From NCBI GenBank assembly GCA_041649715.1, contig JBAZMP010000002.1, forward strand, positions 4,964 to 68,963: DNA of 64,000 bases, in the 5' to 3' direction. Both the position numbers and the translations under genes were made by a program. Positions 56,008 to 64,000 of this stretch are shown here, piece by piece. The notes under the pieces were generated by a model. The model was not told the origin of the DNA and made no database searches. It saw only the letters and a program-made list of their open reading frames with translations. Each line of letters starts with the position of its first letter. Positions within the stretch are counted from its first letter, which is position 1. The stretch comes from Patescibacteria group bacterium. Its GTDB lineage: Bacteria > Patescibacteriota > Patescibacteriia > JAXHNJ01.

Positions 56008-56365
56008 CTATGCACCTCCCTGAAGAATGTTCAGGGCTCAAACTTATCAGATATTAAAAGAAAAGTCAATAATCCTAAAAACTCCGCCGTGACGCCTAGT
56101 GCGAGGGATGATTTTCGTTTTTCCGCTGGTTTTACTTTTGAGCTAATTTCTCGTTGAGTTATTTGTTCTTTCTGTGGCCAGAAAGAACCAAAGAGCCCTG
56201 GGGGCTTCAATTTTTTTGTTGCTAAGATCTTCATGTATTCTTAGCCCCGCGGGTACAAAAAGGAAGCCCCCAGACCCCAGCTTGCTAATATCATTTTTTG
56301 ATGCTAATTTTTTTTGGAGCGCCTCGGCTTCGGTGCCATTCAGCCTCGGCGCCGGCTTTTTTATC

Positions 56366-56394
56366 GCAAAAAAACCGCCGAGCAAAGCCGGCGG
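56366..56394 (-). terminator. Rho-independent terminator after the 56424..56813 gene.
   Basis: Minus-strand stem CCGCCG-GCTTTGCT-CGGCGG followed by UUUUUUU (plus-strand A-run 56368-56374). Confidence 0.5.
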
Positions 56395-56423
56395 CTTGGG
56401 TACATTTGATCTAAATCTCTAGT

Positions 56424-56813
56424 CTAGGCGGAAGCGGAGCGGAGGGTCAGGGTGACGTCTCCGCCAGCCTTTTCCTGGTCTTCGGAAAAACGGTAATTAC
56501 CCTTTGGGGTGAAGACGCCGCACGACTCCTTCCGGGCTACCTTCAGGCGGTACAAGACAGGCGGCTTTCCGGCCATGGGTCCGTCCAGGTATTGTTTCTT
56601 GAACTTGACCTCCTCGTTTTCTACCTGGCCGGTGATTTCGTCCTGGCCGTTTTTGTCCAAGATTTAGCCGGTAATGGCTCCCTCTGGCGCGACACTCATT
56701 TTGCCGATGAATTTGAACTCCTTTCTGACGAAAGACACGGGAAACACCGAGCATCCCCAGACCGCGTTTGTGTACAAACCATCAACGGTATAGTTACCCT
56801 TCAGCTTGCTCAT
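56424..56813 (-). pseudogene. Small GC-rich gene interrupted by an in-frame TAA (codon 50), giving either a 49-aa N-terminal fragment or a ~128-aa ancestral protein.
   Basis: Strong ribosome-binding site AAGGAGGT, 9-nt spacer, ATG at 56813. MSKLKGNYTVDGLYTNAVWG…EGAITG-TAA-ILDKNGQDEITGQ…TLTLRSASA continue in one frame. Confidence 0.4.
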
Positions 56814-56965
56814 GCTAATGGTACCTCCTTGATTCACGCCATGTAGAGTTATCTGGTTGAAAAGAACTTAAATAAATATATCATAAAAATTTCCTTTGGC
56901 AAGGAGATAAAGAATCCGCCTCAATTCTCCTTATAGTAATTTAACCCAGCGCCTTTTCCATCGGC

Positions 56966-57148
56966 TTATCGATATAAAACCAGAAAAGCCTGCCAGACCA
57001 GGAAGACCGGCCAGACGCAGGCTTTTAAAAAGCCTAAGACGCCCAGCCAGAAAGTGGCGGCGTGGCCGATAAAATAAATGCAGGCGCCGATAAAGCCGAA
57101 AAAGTACAGGGCGCTGCCGCCGCCGTGCGGTTTGAATTTGTGGTCCAT
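56966..57148 (-). CDS. Small (60 aa) two-helix membrane protein.
   Basis: Hydrophobic ORF. Uncertain. Confidence 0.25.
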   Translation of the reverse strand: MDHKFKPHGGGSALYFFGFIGACIYFIGHAATFWLGVLGFLKACVWPVFLVWQAFLVLYR

Positions 57149-57277
57149 AAGATTTGGAAATTAATAATGATTTATTCTACTTTTATCATAACAAAAAAAG
57201 CACGTTTGAGGAAACGAAGCCTGAATACAAAAACCGCGCCAGGGGAAATATCAGAGGCGCGATTTTTTTTATTTAAT

Positions 57278-57892
57278 TTATTGCGGATTGGCCGGGACAG
57301 GCGAGGCGGACAATCTTTTATACAGGGAAATATAGGCGAGCCAGACCACGGGCAGGGCGACAAAGACGCCGACGCCGAAAACTATCGCCCCCAGAATGAT
57401 GACCCCTAAAGCGGTCAGGCCGAAACCGAAGAGCGGCATTTTGATGCCTTTGGTCATGGCCGTGCTTTGTTTCATTGCTTCCTCAATGCCGAGATTTTTA
57501 TCGATAATCAGCGGGATGGTGAACAGAAAGCGTAAGGCCAGGTAAATGCCGGGGACGATAAGGAGGATAAAACCTATGGCGACAATAATGCCAATAATCA
57601 GGTTTGCCCCAAACACGCGCCAGTAGGGCTTGACCTGGGTAAAGACATCGGCGAGCGGCCGTTTGTTTCCGGCCTGGTAGTCCAAGACAAGACGGGTGTA
57701 ACCGCAGGCCATCCAGGTAGACAGGAATATTCCGAGAATATCAAGAGTGTAATGGCTACGGCCGTAGCCGCTGGTGATGCTTTCAATAAGGCAGACGATC
57801 ACGGCCAGGCCGACGAAGTACCAGAAGTTTTTTTTGACTTCGGTCCAGCCATAGCTTATCGCCTGACCGGTTTCCACTTTTTTTGTTTCCAT
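57278..57892 (-). CDS. Hypothetical polytopic membrane protein.
   Basis: 204 aa with 4-5 TM segments. Confidence 0.4.
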   Translation of the reverse strand: METKKVETGQAISYGWTEVKKNFWYFVGLAVIVCLIESITSGYGRSHYTLDILGIFLSTWMACGYTRLVLDYQAGNKRPLADVFTQVKPYWRVFGANLIIGIIVAIGFILLIVPGIYLALRFLFTIPLIIDKNLGIEEAMKQSTAMTKGIKMPLFGFGLTALGVIILGAIVFGVGVFVALPVVWLAYISLYKRLSASPVPANPQ

Positions 57893-58113
57893 AAGTTTAG
57901 GTTATTGGTTAATTAACTTAATTATAGCAAAAAAAGAGGGTTTGGGGCATGTTTATTAAAGATACAGGAAACAAGTGTCCAAACAATTACCAATATCCAA
58001 TAACCAATTTTTTAAACCATTTATTATGTTAGATGTGTTTAGTTATTGATTATTGGTGCTCGAATATTGCCTTCGCCCTGGCTCAGGCTAGGGGTTTGTA
58101 TCTTGTTTCTTGG
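57893..58113 (-). promoter_or_regulatory. 220-nt non-coding upstream region with repeated TTATTGG/CCAATAA motifs (candidate operator/promoter of 57278..57892).
   Basis: CCAAT at 57989-57993, 57996-58000 and 58003-58007 with 7-nt phasing. TTATTGATTATTGG at 58043-58056. TTATTGG at 57901-57907. Confidence 0.3.
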
Positions 58114-58509
58114 TTATTGTTTCTTCGCCAAAAGCGGTCCTATCAGCACGCCGACAAAGACCAGATAGGTGCTCCACTGGCCAAAGACTTTATCCGTCGT
58201 GCCGTTAGGCAAAGCGATGACTAAAAGAATGCCGGCGACAATGGCCGTCCAGATGAGGCCATAGAGCAGGGCCTGTCCGTTGCCCGCGGGCTTGATAATC
58301 CTGGCGAAGAGCCAGGAGATAAAAGTCATCAAGATCGCGATGATGACTCCCGTCCACCATAAGCCGGCCGGCTCGTCGGATCCGGTGAGTTGCGACATCA
58401 AAAAGAGCAAAAGCATGGTGATAATGAAGAGCAAAAAGCCGAAGATTATCGCCAGCAACCATTTTGTTTTTGGCTTTACTTTTTCCAAACCGATAGGGTT
58501 GTTTTCCAT
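58114..58509 (-). CDS. Hypothetical membrane protein.
   Basis: 131 aa with 4 TM segments. Confidence 0.4.
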   Translation of the reverse strand: MENNPIGLEKVKPKTKWLLAIIFGFLLFIITMLLLFLMSQLTGSDEPAGLWWTGVIIAILMTFISWLFARIIKPAGNGQALLYGLIWTAIVAGILLVIALPNGTTDKVFGQWSTYLVFVGVLIGPLLAKKQ

Positions 58510-58558
58510 AGATTTTTTTAAATTTAATTTCGGTACATTATATATAATTATTTCAATC

Positions 58559-59044
58559 TTAGCGCAATATCAATCCATATAATTGAGCGTCTTTACGACA
58601 GAATTGTTGCTTGATTGTTCCTTCCCAGACGAACCCTTTTTTCTTATATAGATTTACGGCCGGTACTAATTCTTCTTGTGTCCAAAGCCAGATTTTTCCG
58701 CAGTTATTTTGTCTCGCAAACTCTATTACTTTATCGACTAATTTTGAACCGATTCCTTGTTTTCGATATTTCTCCTTTACCATCATATCGCCCAAGCGAA
58801 TATTCATTAAGCCTAAAAATGCGGTATCGATATAACAAGTGGCTACCGCCTGGCCATTCTCGTCAGTCGCTAGAAGATACTCCCTGGTTTTGTTGGAGCC
58901 GTCAAAGTACTTTGTTAAATCTTCATAATTATCAATCTTTATCAGCTCGGCCGGCAATTTGCCTTTTAATTTTTTCCACTCAGAATATACTTCAATCAAT
59001 TTATCAATATCGTTTTTAGTGGCATAGTTAATAATAATCTTCAT
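58559..59044 (-). CDS. GNAT-family N-acetyltransferase.
   Basis: Acetyl-CoA-binding motif …RKQGIGSKLVDKVIEFARQNNCGKIWL…. Confidence 0.7.
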   Translation of the reverse strand: MKIIINYATKNDIDKLIEVYSEWKKLKGKLPAELIKIDNYEDLTKYFDGSNKTREYLLATDENGQAVATCYIDTAFLGLMNIRLGDMMVKEKYRKQGIGSKLVDKVIEFARQNNCGKIWLWTQEELVPAVNLYKKKGFVWEGTIKQQFCRKDAQLYGLILR

Positions 59045-59065
59045 TGTAATTTCACTTGTTATATT

Positions 59066-59635
59066 TTATTTTTCGTCTTCAAATTTAACGACATTTTTCC
59101 CTCGCTGTTGATTCTCGGATTCAAGTGATTTCAATATGCTCAGTCCGTGGTCTCCGGCTTCCCGGATTTTTTTAAAAGTTGATTTATCAACGAAATAGAC
59201 TTGGACGCCATTTTCAATCATGGCTTCAAGCCCGCTTTTGTATGGAGTTTTATCACTCAAACTGACGGTTTTTTTGCCGGTCCACTCGCGACCAGTTTTA
59301 CTTCTTTTAGGATCAGTTTCAAATGTTTCGCTGGGGAGCGAGTATATCGTACCGCCTTGGTCCAATTCTTCAAATAGTTTTTTATCGCTAATTATGTGAC
59401 AGTTTACGCCGTCAAATACCGATTTTTGCGTCCATCTATCGTCTGATGGGACGAGAAACATTGAAGCGTAGGCTTTGTCGGGGGTGGCAAAAATTACTGG
59501 ACCCTCTTCGGGATCGCGAAAAGTTTCTACCCGCGGTTCAAATTCATTTATTTCTCGGTTGGGAGAGGCATGATACAAAAATGGCGGTTTTTCTTCTTGT
59601 TCAGGCGAGTCAAAATTTTGTTCCGGATTTTCCAC
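59066..59635 (-). CDS. Hypothetical protein of 189 aa.
   Basis: ORF with an acidic N-terminus and no recognisable family. Confidence 0.4.
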   Translation of the reverse strand: MENPEQNFDSPEQEEKPPFLYHASPNREINEFEPRVETFRDPEEGPVIFATPDKAYASMFLVPSDDRWTQKSVFDGVNCHIISDKKLFEELDQGGTIYSLPSETFETDPKRSKTGREWTGKKTVSLSDKTPYKSGLEAMIENGVQVYFVDKSTFKKIREAGDHGLSILKSLESENQQRGKNVVKFEDEK

Positions 59636-59653
59636 AGATTTATTTTTAATATA

Positions 59654-59992
59654 TTAGTGTGGAAAGATTATCTCGCCCAAGGCGAACATCAGCCAGAAGC
59701 CGCCGACCAGGCAGAGAAGAATAAAGACAATAATGTTTAAGATAGTCCTTTCCTTAATTTTGAAAATTGCCTTGATGCTATAATAGAGGCCAAAGATAAA
59801 GAATACGATTTCCAGCAAGACCGAGAAAAAACCGCCGGGTATCCGAAAAAGACGAGCGGTAAGATTGCCAAGAGAAACAAACAGCAAGCCCCAAACAATA
59901 GTGATAATGCCAAAGATCAGGGCTCTTTTACCTTCCTTGGTCTGGGGCAACCATTTTCTGGCGGGTTTTTCCGAATTTGTTGGGTTTTCCAT
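59654..59992 (-). CDS. Small membrane protein with 3 TM segments.
   Basis: 112-aa hydrophobic ORF. Confidence 0.35.
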   Translation of the reverse strand: MENPTNSEKPARKWLPQTKEGKRALIFGIITIVWGLLFVSLGNLTARLFRIPGGFFSVLLEIVFFIFGLYYSIKAIFKIKERTILNIIVFILLCLVGGFWLMFALGEIIFPH

Positions 59993-60016
59993 GGATTTTT
60001 TTAAAAAATTATTTTC

Positions 60017-60676
60017 TTAAGTGTTTTTTAATAATTGCGCGGATATTTTTTTGACTTTCAACCGGCTATTTTTCGTCTGTTTTTTCAAAAAAAACTTGAC
60101 GTCGTTTCTTTGGAGGACTTCCGGCCCGAATTTTTCCAAAGATACCAAGACCTGCTGGATGGCGACATTAGTGCATTCAGGCGATATCTTGCCCTTGCTG
60201 TAATATTTGTTTTTTCCCACAGAGAGCAGGGCTTTCAGGATTTTTTCCCGATATTTGGGTTTATGGCCGGCGATTTCTCCCAAGGCCTTGATGGCATTGC
60301 CGGCGGTGATCATCATGGGGTCGGAAAGAAGGGCAATAAGTTTTGGAATCAATCGGTCAACTTTGTTTTTTGAATCAACCCGGGAAAGATTGCCGATGAT
60401 GATGGTGGCTGTCCATTTCATCACGTTTTTGTCGCTGTCCAAAAAGGCCGGAAAAAAATCAAAATCAGGATAAAGCGCCTTGGGATTATCCCGGGAAGTA
60501 TTAATGGCTTGTTTGGCGCAACAATACTTGATTTCGGGTTTATCCGCCAAGAGATCCTGCAGATTTAGTTTTTTCTTTTCCATGGTTTTAGAATACTCTT
60601 TTTTTGGCCAAAAATCAAAAATGTTGACTTTTGCATATGTAATTCTTATACTAAATATGTATTCATTATTAAGCAT
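60017..60676 (-). CDS. HEAT/ARM-like repeat protein (possibly a DNA-alkylation-repair AlkD-like fold).
   Basis: Helical repeats (…LIPKLIALLSDPMMITAGNAIKALGEIAG…). The true start may be ATG 60583 (MEKKKL). Confidence 0.35.
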   Translation of the reverse strand: MLNNEYIFSIRITYAKVNIFDFWPKKEYSKTMEKKKLNLQDLLADKPEIKYCCAKQAINTSRDNPKALYPDFDFFPAFLDSDKNVMKWTATIIIGNLSRVDSKNKVDRLIPKLIALLSDPMMITAGNAIKALGEIAGHKPKYREKILKALLSVGKNKYYSKGKISPECTNVAIQQVLVSLEKFGPEVLQRNDVKFFLKKQTKNSRLKVKKISAQLLKNT

Positions 60677-60693
60677 TAAATACGAAAAGACCT

Positions 60694-61785
60694 ATGACAA
60701 AAAAGATTTTACTTTTCGTGGCCGTGATTGGCGCCCTGGTCTTTGCTTGGCCGGCGGCGGATTGTCGAGCCGCGAACATTGCCGGTGGCAGCAGCCTGGA
60801 TAATGCCGTCGAGCTTAAAGCGGGCACCCATACCGGCGGAGCGATTAACGGGGATACGACCCAGTATTTCTACGTCACCCTGGGACAGGGGCAGCAAATT
60901 ACCGCCAAAGTACTGTATACCACCAACGTCCAATACGGGACATTAAGTACGTTGGCTCTGTACGATCAGGACCGTAACCAGGTCGTGGAACAATTCGAAG
61001 CAAATTATTCCACTGTGACCCTCACGGCCAATTGGCTGGTCAACGGCGACCAATCGTCTTACAAATATTATCTGAAGCTGGCTTCGGATGATGACGGCAT
61101 CAGTTCGTATAACCTGACTTTGACCATCGCCAATAAATACGATGGCGGGTCCACTCAGGATGCCCCGACTACTTTTGAAAAAGCGCTGAGCGTAACGGCC
61201 GGCACGACCAAAGGCTATCTGGCAGGTGGCACCGAGGCGGGCAACGACACGACGGATATGTACGCCCTTGTTCCTACGGTCAACGGCTCGTATACCATTA
61301 CGGTGACGCCGCCCACCGACGGACAAATAGGGGTGACTGTCTACGACGCAAACCGTCAGGAAGTGGATTCGCAGATCGGCAACAATGCCGGCAGCATCGT
61401 GACCAGCACTGTTCAGGCCGCTCAGGGCGCCAATTTATTCATCAAAGTCGGCTGCGATTATTACTGCAGTAATACACTCACCGAGTACCAGATGGTGATC
61501 GCCGCACCGGCGACAACAAACACCAACGGCAGCACAACAGCCGTCAATCAGAACGTCAATGCTTCAAGCAATGCCAATGCTAATACTAATACCGCCGTGA
61601 AAGCGAACAGCAACGGTAATATCAATACTAATACCGCCGCGAAAGATGAGGAAAGCGATTCCCTGACGCTCTATTTGATAATCGGCGGAGCGGTGATTCT
61701 CGTGGCGTTGATTGTGGTCATTATTATTGTGGTAAAAAAGAAAAAAACAAGTGCTCCGACGCAGGAACCGCCAGCAAAGAAATAA
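60694..61785 (+). CDS. Cell-surface protein with two pre-peptidase-C-terminal-like beta-sandwich domains, an Asn-rich linker and a C-terminal TM anchor.
   Basis: Signal peptide. PPC-like motifs (INGDTTQYFYVTLGQGQQITAKV; DTTDMYALVPTVNGSYTITV). C-terminal LYLIIGGAVILVALIVVIIIVVKKKK. Confidence 0.5.
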   Translation: MTKKILLFVAVIGALVFAWPAADCRAANIAGGSSLDNAVELKAGTHTGGAINGDTTQYFYVTLGQGQQITAKVLYTTNVQYGTLSTLALYDQDRNQVVEQFEANYSTVTLTANWLVNGDQSSYKYYLKLASDDDGISSYNLTLTIANKYDGGSTQDAPTTFEKALSVTAGTTKGYLAGGTEAGNDTTDMYALVPTVNGSYTITVTPPTDGQIGVTVYDANRQEVDSQIGNNAGSIVTSTVQAAQGANLFIKVGCDYYCSNTLTEYQMVIAAPATTNTNGSTTAVNQNVNASSNANANTNTAVKANSNGNINTNTAAKDEESDSLTLYLIIGGAVILVALIVVIIIVVKKKKTSAPTQEPPAKK

Positions 61786-61882
61786 GATCCGATATATCTT
61801 CAAAAGAACTGCACCGCAAGGGCAGTTCTTTTAGTTTGAAAAGCAGTATCAATTATTTTTTGCCTGCCCGCCTTGGGCGGGG

Positions 61883-62347
61883 TTATTGGTTATTCTTCAA
61901 GATTTCTTTCGCCCACCCGGCCGCTCTTTCCATTTCGTTCTGGCCAAGTGGTCCTTTCGTGCCTGAGACAATGAAACCCGCAGGGGCGGCGACTAACTGG
62001 CCACCCTTGCCTTGCAGCTCTTTGACTATTCGGCCGGCGGCATAACCGAATATTTTCAGGATAAAAATCTTTAAGTGAGTATCAAAGGCTGTCACTTTGA
62101 TGTTCTTTAGTCCGTCCGCCGGAATTTTATCCAGGAAAGCTTTTATGGCCGGGCTAGGCCGGCCGCCGTGCGTGGGGGAGCCAATGATGAGCAAATCAAT
62201 TGATTCAATATCGGAGATCTTGGCCTCGTCGGCCCTGATTATTTTAACTACGTTTGAGGGGGCTGAGGGGGTTAAGGCCTCGGCCACGGCTTGGGCGATT
62301 TTTTCCGTGTTGCCGTAGAGGGAGTCGTAGATAATCAAAATATTCAT
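61883..62347 (-). CDS. Flavodoxin-like FMN protein.
   Basis: ILIIYDSLYGNTEKIAQAV…IGSPTHGG pattern. Confidence 0.65.
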   Translation of the reverse strand: MNILIIYDSLYGNTEKIAQAVAEALTPSAPSNVVKIIRADEAKISDIESIDLLIIGSPTHGGRPSPAIKAFLDKIPADGLKNIKVTAFDTHLKIFILKIFGYAAGRIVKELQGKGGQLVAAPAGFIVSGTKGPLGQNEMERAAGWAKEILKNNQ

Positions 62348-62350
62348 AGA

Positions 62351-63283
62351 TTATTGATTTATTCTGTATTCCATTAACACGTAGGTTAAATACAGCAGGA
62401 GCAAAATAAAGGCTTCTTTTTTTGTCAGAATTTTGCCGGATCGCATGAAAGAAAAAAGAATAACGGCCGTGAAGACCATAAACATAGCGGTCAGATATAT
62501 AATCCGGGTCGGAAAAGAAAAGGGGTGGATGACCGCGATTAGGCCGACCGCGATGGTGGCGTCGGAAATCACCGTGCCCAGGATATCGCCTAAAGCAAGA
62601 CCGCTTGCTTTTTGCCTGACGGCCCGCAAGGAAAAAAATAACTCCGGCAAGGTTGTGCTCAAGCCCACAACTAGCAGACCGACTAGGATGGGATTGATGC
62701 GGACAGAATCGGCTAAAGCGACGCCGTATTTCACGGTCAGGTGGGAGCCTAAAAGCAAGACCGCCAGACTGAGTATCAGAAAAAGGATGTTGCGGAAAGG
62801 CCGGTTCGGCACATTCTCGTTTAAGGGTTGTGCGCGGGAAAAATTTTTCCGGAAGGTCCACCAAAAAAAGAAAACGCCGGTCGCCAAAAGCAGAACCCCT
62901 TCAAGCCGGGAGTAATAACCGTCAAAGCCGACAAAAATAGGGACGGCCAGCAGCAAGGGAAACCATTGGTTGCAATCCAGGATTTGGCTGCTGATTTTTA
63001 TCCCCCTAACCGAGAATAAAACTATTAAAGCGAAGACCAGGGTCAGGTCGGCAATGTTTGAGCCGAAAAGAGTGCCTAAACCGAAAGAAGGAATGCCCTT
63101 GATCGAGGAATCAAGGGCGATAAATGTTTCCGGCAGGATGGAGATAACCGCCACGATCAAAAAGCCGACGACATAATTAGGCAGCCGTAAAATCCGCGCC
63201 AAGTTAATAGCGTATTTTATGGAGAAGTCGGCGCTTTTGATGACCAGGAATAAAGAGAGGGCAAGGAAAAGTAAGTTAAGCAT
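62351..63283 (-). CDS. Ca2+/cation antiporter of the CaCA family (YrbG-like).
   Basis: Two alpha-repeats (…ILPETFIAL… and …LSTTLPELFFSL…) and 10 TM helices. Confidence 0.7.
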   Translation of the reverse strand: MLNLLFLALSLFLVIKSADFSIKYAINLARILRLPNYVVGFLIVAVISILPETFIALDSSIKGIPSFGLGTLFGSNIADLTLVFALIVLFSVRGIKISSQILDCNQWFPLLLAVPIFVGFDGYYSRLEGVLLLATGVFFFWWTFRKNFSRAQPLNENVPNRPFRNILFLILSLAVLLLGSHLTVKYGVALADSVRINPILVGLLVVGLSTTLPELFFSLRAVRQKASGLALGDILGTVISDATIAVGLIAVIHPFSFPTRIIYLTAMFMVFTAVILFSFMRSGKILTKKEAFILLLLYLTYVLMEYRINQ

Positions 63284-63301
63284 GGTTATTGTTTTTCCAA
63301 T

Positions 63302-63799
63302 TTAAAATAGGCCCAAGACTCCATAATAAATAAGGCTAACTATTATGCCCGCCATGATGACTCCGGCGGCAATAGACGGCAGAGCCTTTTTAAATGGGAT
63401 ATTAAAAAGGAAAGCGGCGATGGCGCCGGTCCAGGCGCCGGTTAAAGGCAAGGGAATGCCGACAAAAACAGCCAAGGCGATCAGCAGGCCGTATCTTTTG
63501 GCGCTGCTTTCAAATTTTTTCCGGGTGCGGCTGAAAAGCCAGGTAAAAAAACGGTTGAAAAATTTTGATTTTCTCATCAAAAAATTTGAGACCGGTTCCA
63601 GCCACCATAAAATAAACAAGATAGGCAGCAGATTGCCGATGAATGACCACAAAAATGCGCTCCATAAAGGCAGGTGAAAAGAACCCAAGGCGATCGGCAA
63701 AGCGACTCTTAATTCGGCAATTGGAATCATTGCTATTAGAAGGGTAGCCAATTCCGGAGGGAAATTATTAAATAAAGCGGCATAATCAATATTAAACAT
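63302..63799 (-). CDS. Small membrane protein, possibly of the 'small multidrug export' (COG2426) family.
   Basis: 165 aa with 4 TM segments and a PIAELRVALPIAL motif. Confidence 0.35.
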   Translation of the reverse strand: MFNIDYAALFNNFPPELATLLIAMIPIAELRVALPIALGSFHLPLWSAFLWSFIGNLLPILFILWWLEPVSNFLMRKSKFFNRFFTWLFSRTRKKFESSAKRYGLLIALAVFVGIPLPLTGAWTGAIAAFLFNIPFKKALPSIAAGVIMAGIIVSLIYYGVLGLF

Positions 63800-64000
63800 T
63801 TTTGTTTTTTAATAGTTGTAAATTTTTTGCTTGACGATTCTTAGGAGTGGCTAAATTGACGATGAATTCGATCAAGCCCATATTTTTTTCAATGATTTTT
63901 TCTGATCTTTAATAATTCTTATATTTTTCGCATGACCGAAAGGATTGGCGGGCGACGGATGGTATAACGGTATTATACAATAGGCTTTACCTTTATAGGT

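Noticed and set aside
56143-56422. 80-82-aa ORFs on both strands in the 56.0-56.4 kb spacer.
   Set aside because: Low-complexity translations overlapping strong terminator hairpins. More consistent with a non-coding structured region.
56658-56669. Possible stop-codon recoding at the in-frame TAA.
   Set aside because: TAA terminates many clearly complete genes in this window (dnaA, dnaN, tyrS). A pseudogene or sequencing error is more parsimonious.
1-64000. tRNA, rRNA and CRISPR scan.
   Set aside because: No cloverleaf-compatible region (T-arm GTTCGAATC-like with matching acceptor stem) and no spacer-repeat periodicity were seen by eye. Absence is not proven without tRNAscan or CRT.

Overview
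This 64 kb window is a gene-dense, low-GC bacterial chromosomal segment of roughly 40-45% GC, judged by eye. It uses the standard code: both TGA and TAA terminate genes, for example the TGA at 34070-34072 overlapping the next ATG, and TAA at the end of dnaA. Gene content points to a reduced-genome, Candidate-Phyla-Radiation/Patescibacteria-like organism. This assignment is an inference from the replication-origin gene order, the translation genes, the many hypothetical membrane and surface proteins, and the absence of any biosynthetic operons in the window. No rRNA, tRNA, CRISPR array, transposase or integrase was recognised.

Main blocks, in order:
- A radical SAM/SPASM enzyme, a PilB/GspE-type secretion ATPase, a degenerate NrnA-like DHH protein and tsaE.
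- The replication-origin neighbourhood rpmH-rnpA-yidD-yidC (minus strand), followed by dnaA-dnaN-DUF721 (plus strand) with DnaA-box-like 9-mers and an AT-rich spacer.
- PBP1A, a ROK glucokinase and tyrS.
- A glycogen/alpha-glucan island: a GalT-like gene, two glgA, a tandem APH-fold kinase, two GH57 and one GH15.
- ruvC-yebC and a PGI/PMI-type isomerase.
- An array of five large polytopic, possibly GT-C-like membrane proteins, directly followed by four VirB2/TrbC-architecture pilin-like genes, an orphan solute-binding protein and galU.
- Two cytochrome-b5-like proteins and a YhhQ-type transporter.
- An eight-gene, tightly packed array of paralogous exported proteins.
- Assorted membrane proteins, a GNAT acetyltransferase, a flavodoxin and a CaCA antiporter.

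The most unusual signals:
- The paralog array at 48266-55586. Its members share a Lys/aromatic-rich leader, MDxxPKKSFFKKFWW, conserved even at the nucleotide level. One member (53335-54646) is frameshifted.
- The array of large membrane proteins (possibly GT-C-like) adjacent to the pilin-like genes and galU, a candidate surface-protein glycosylation locus. One pilin-like protein carries a peptidoglycan-binding-like, Cys-rich ectodomain.
- A GC-rich islet holding a small gene (56424-56813) interrupted by an in-frame TAA.
- A tandem two-domain kinase embedded in the glycogen cluster.
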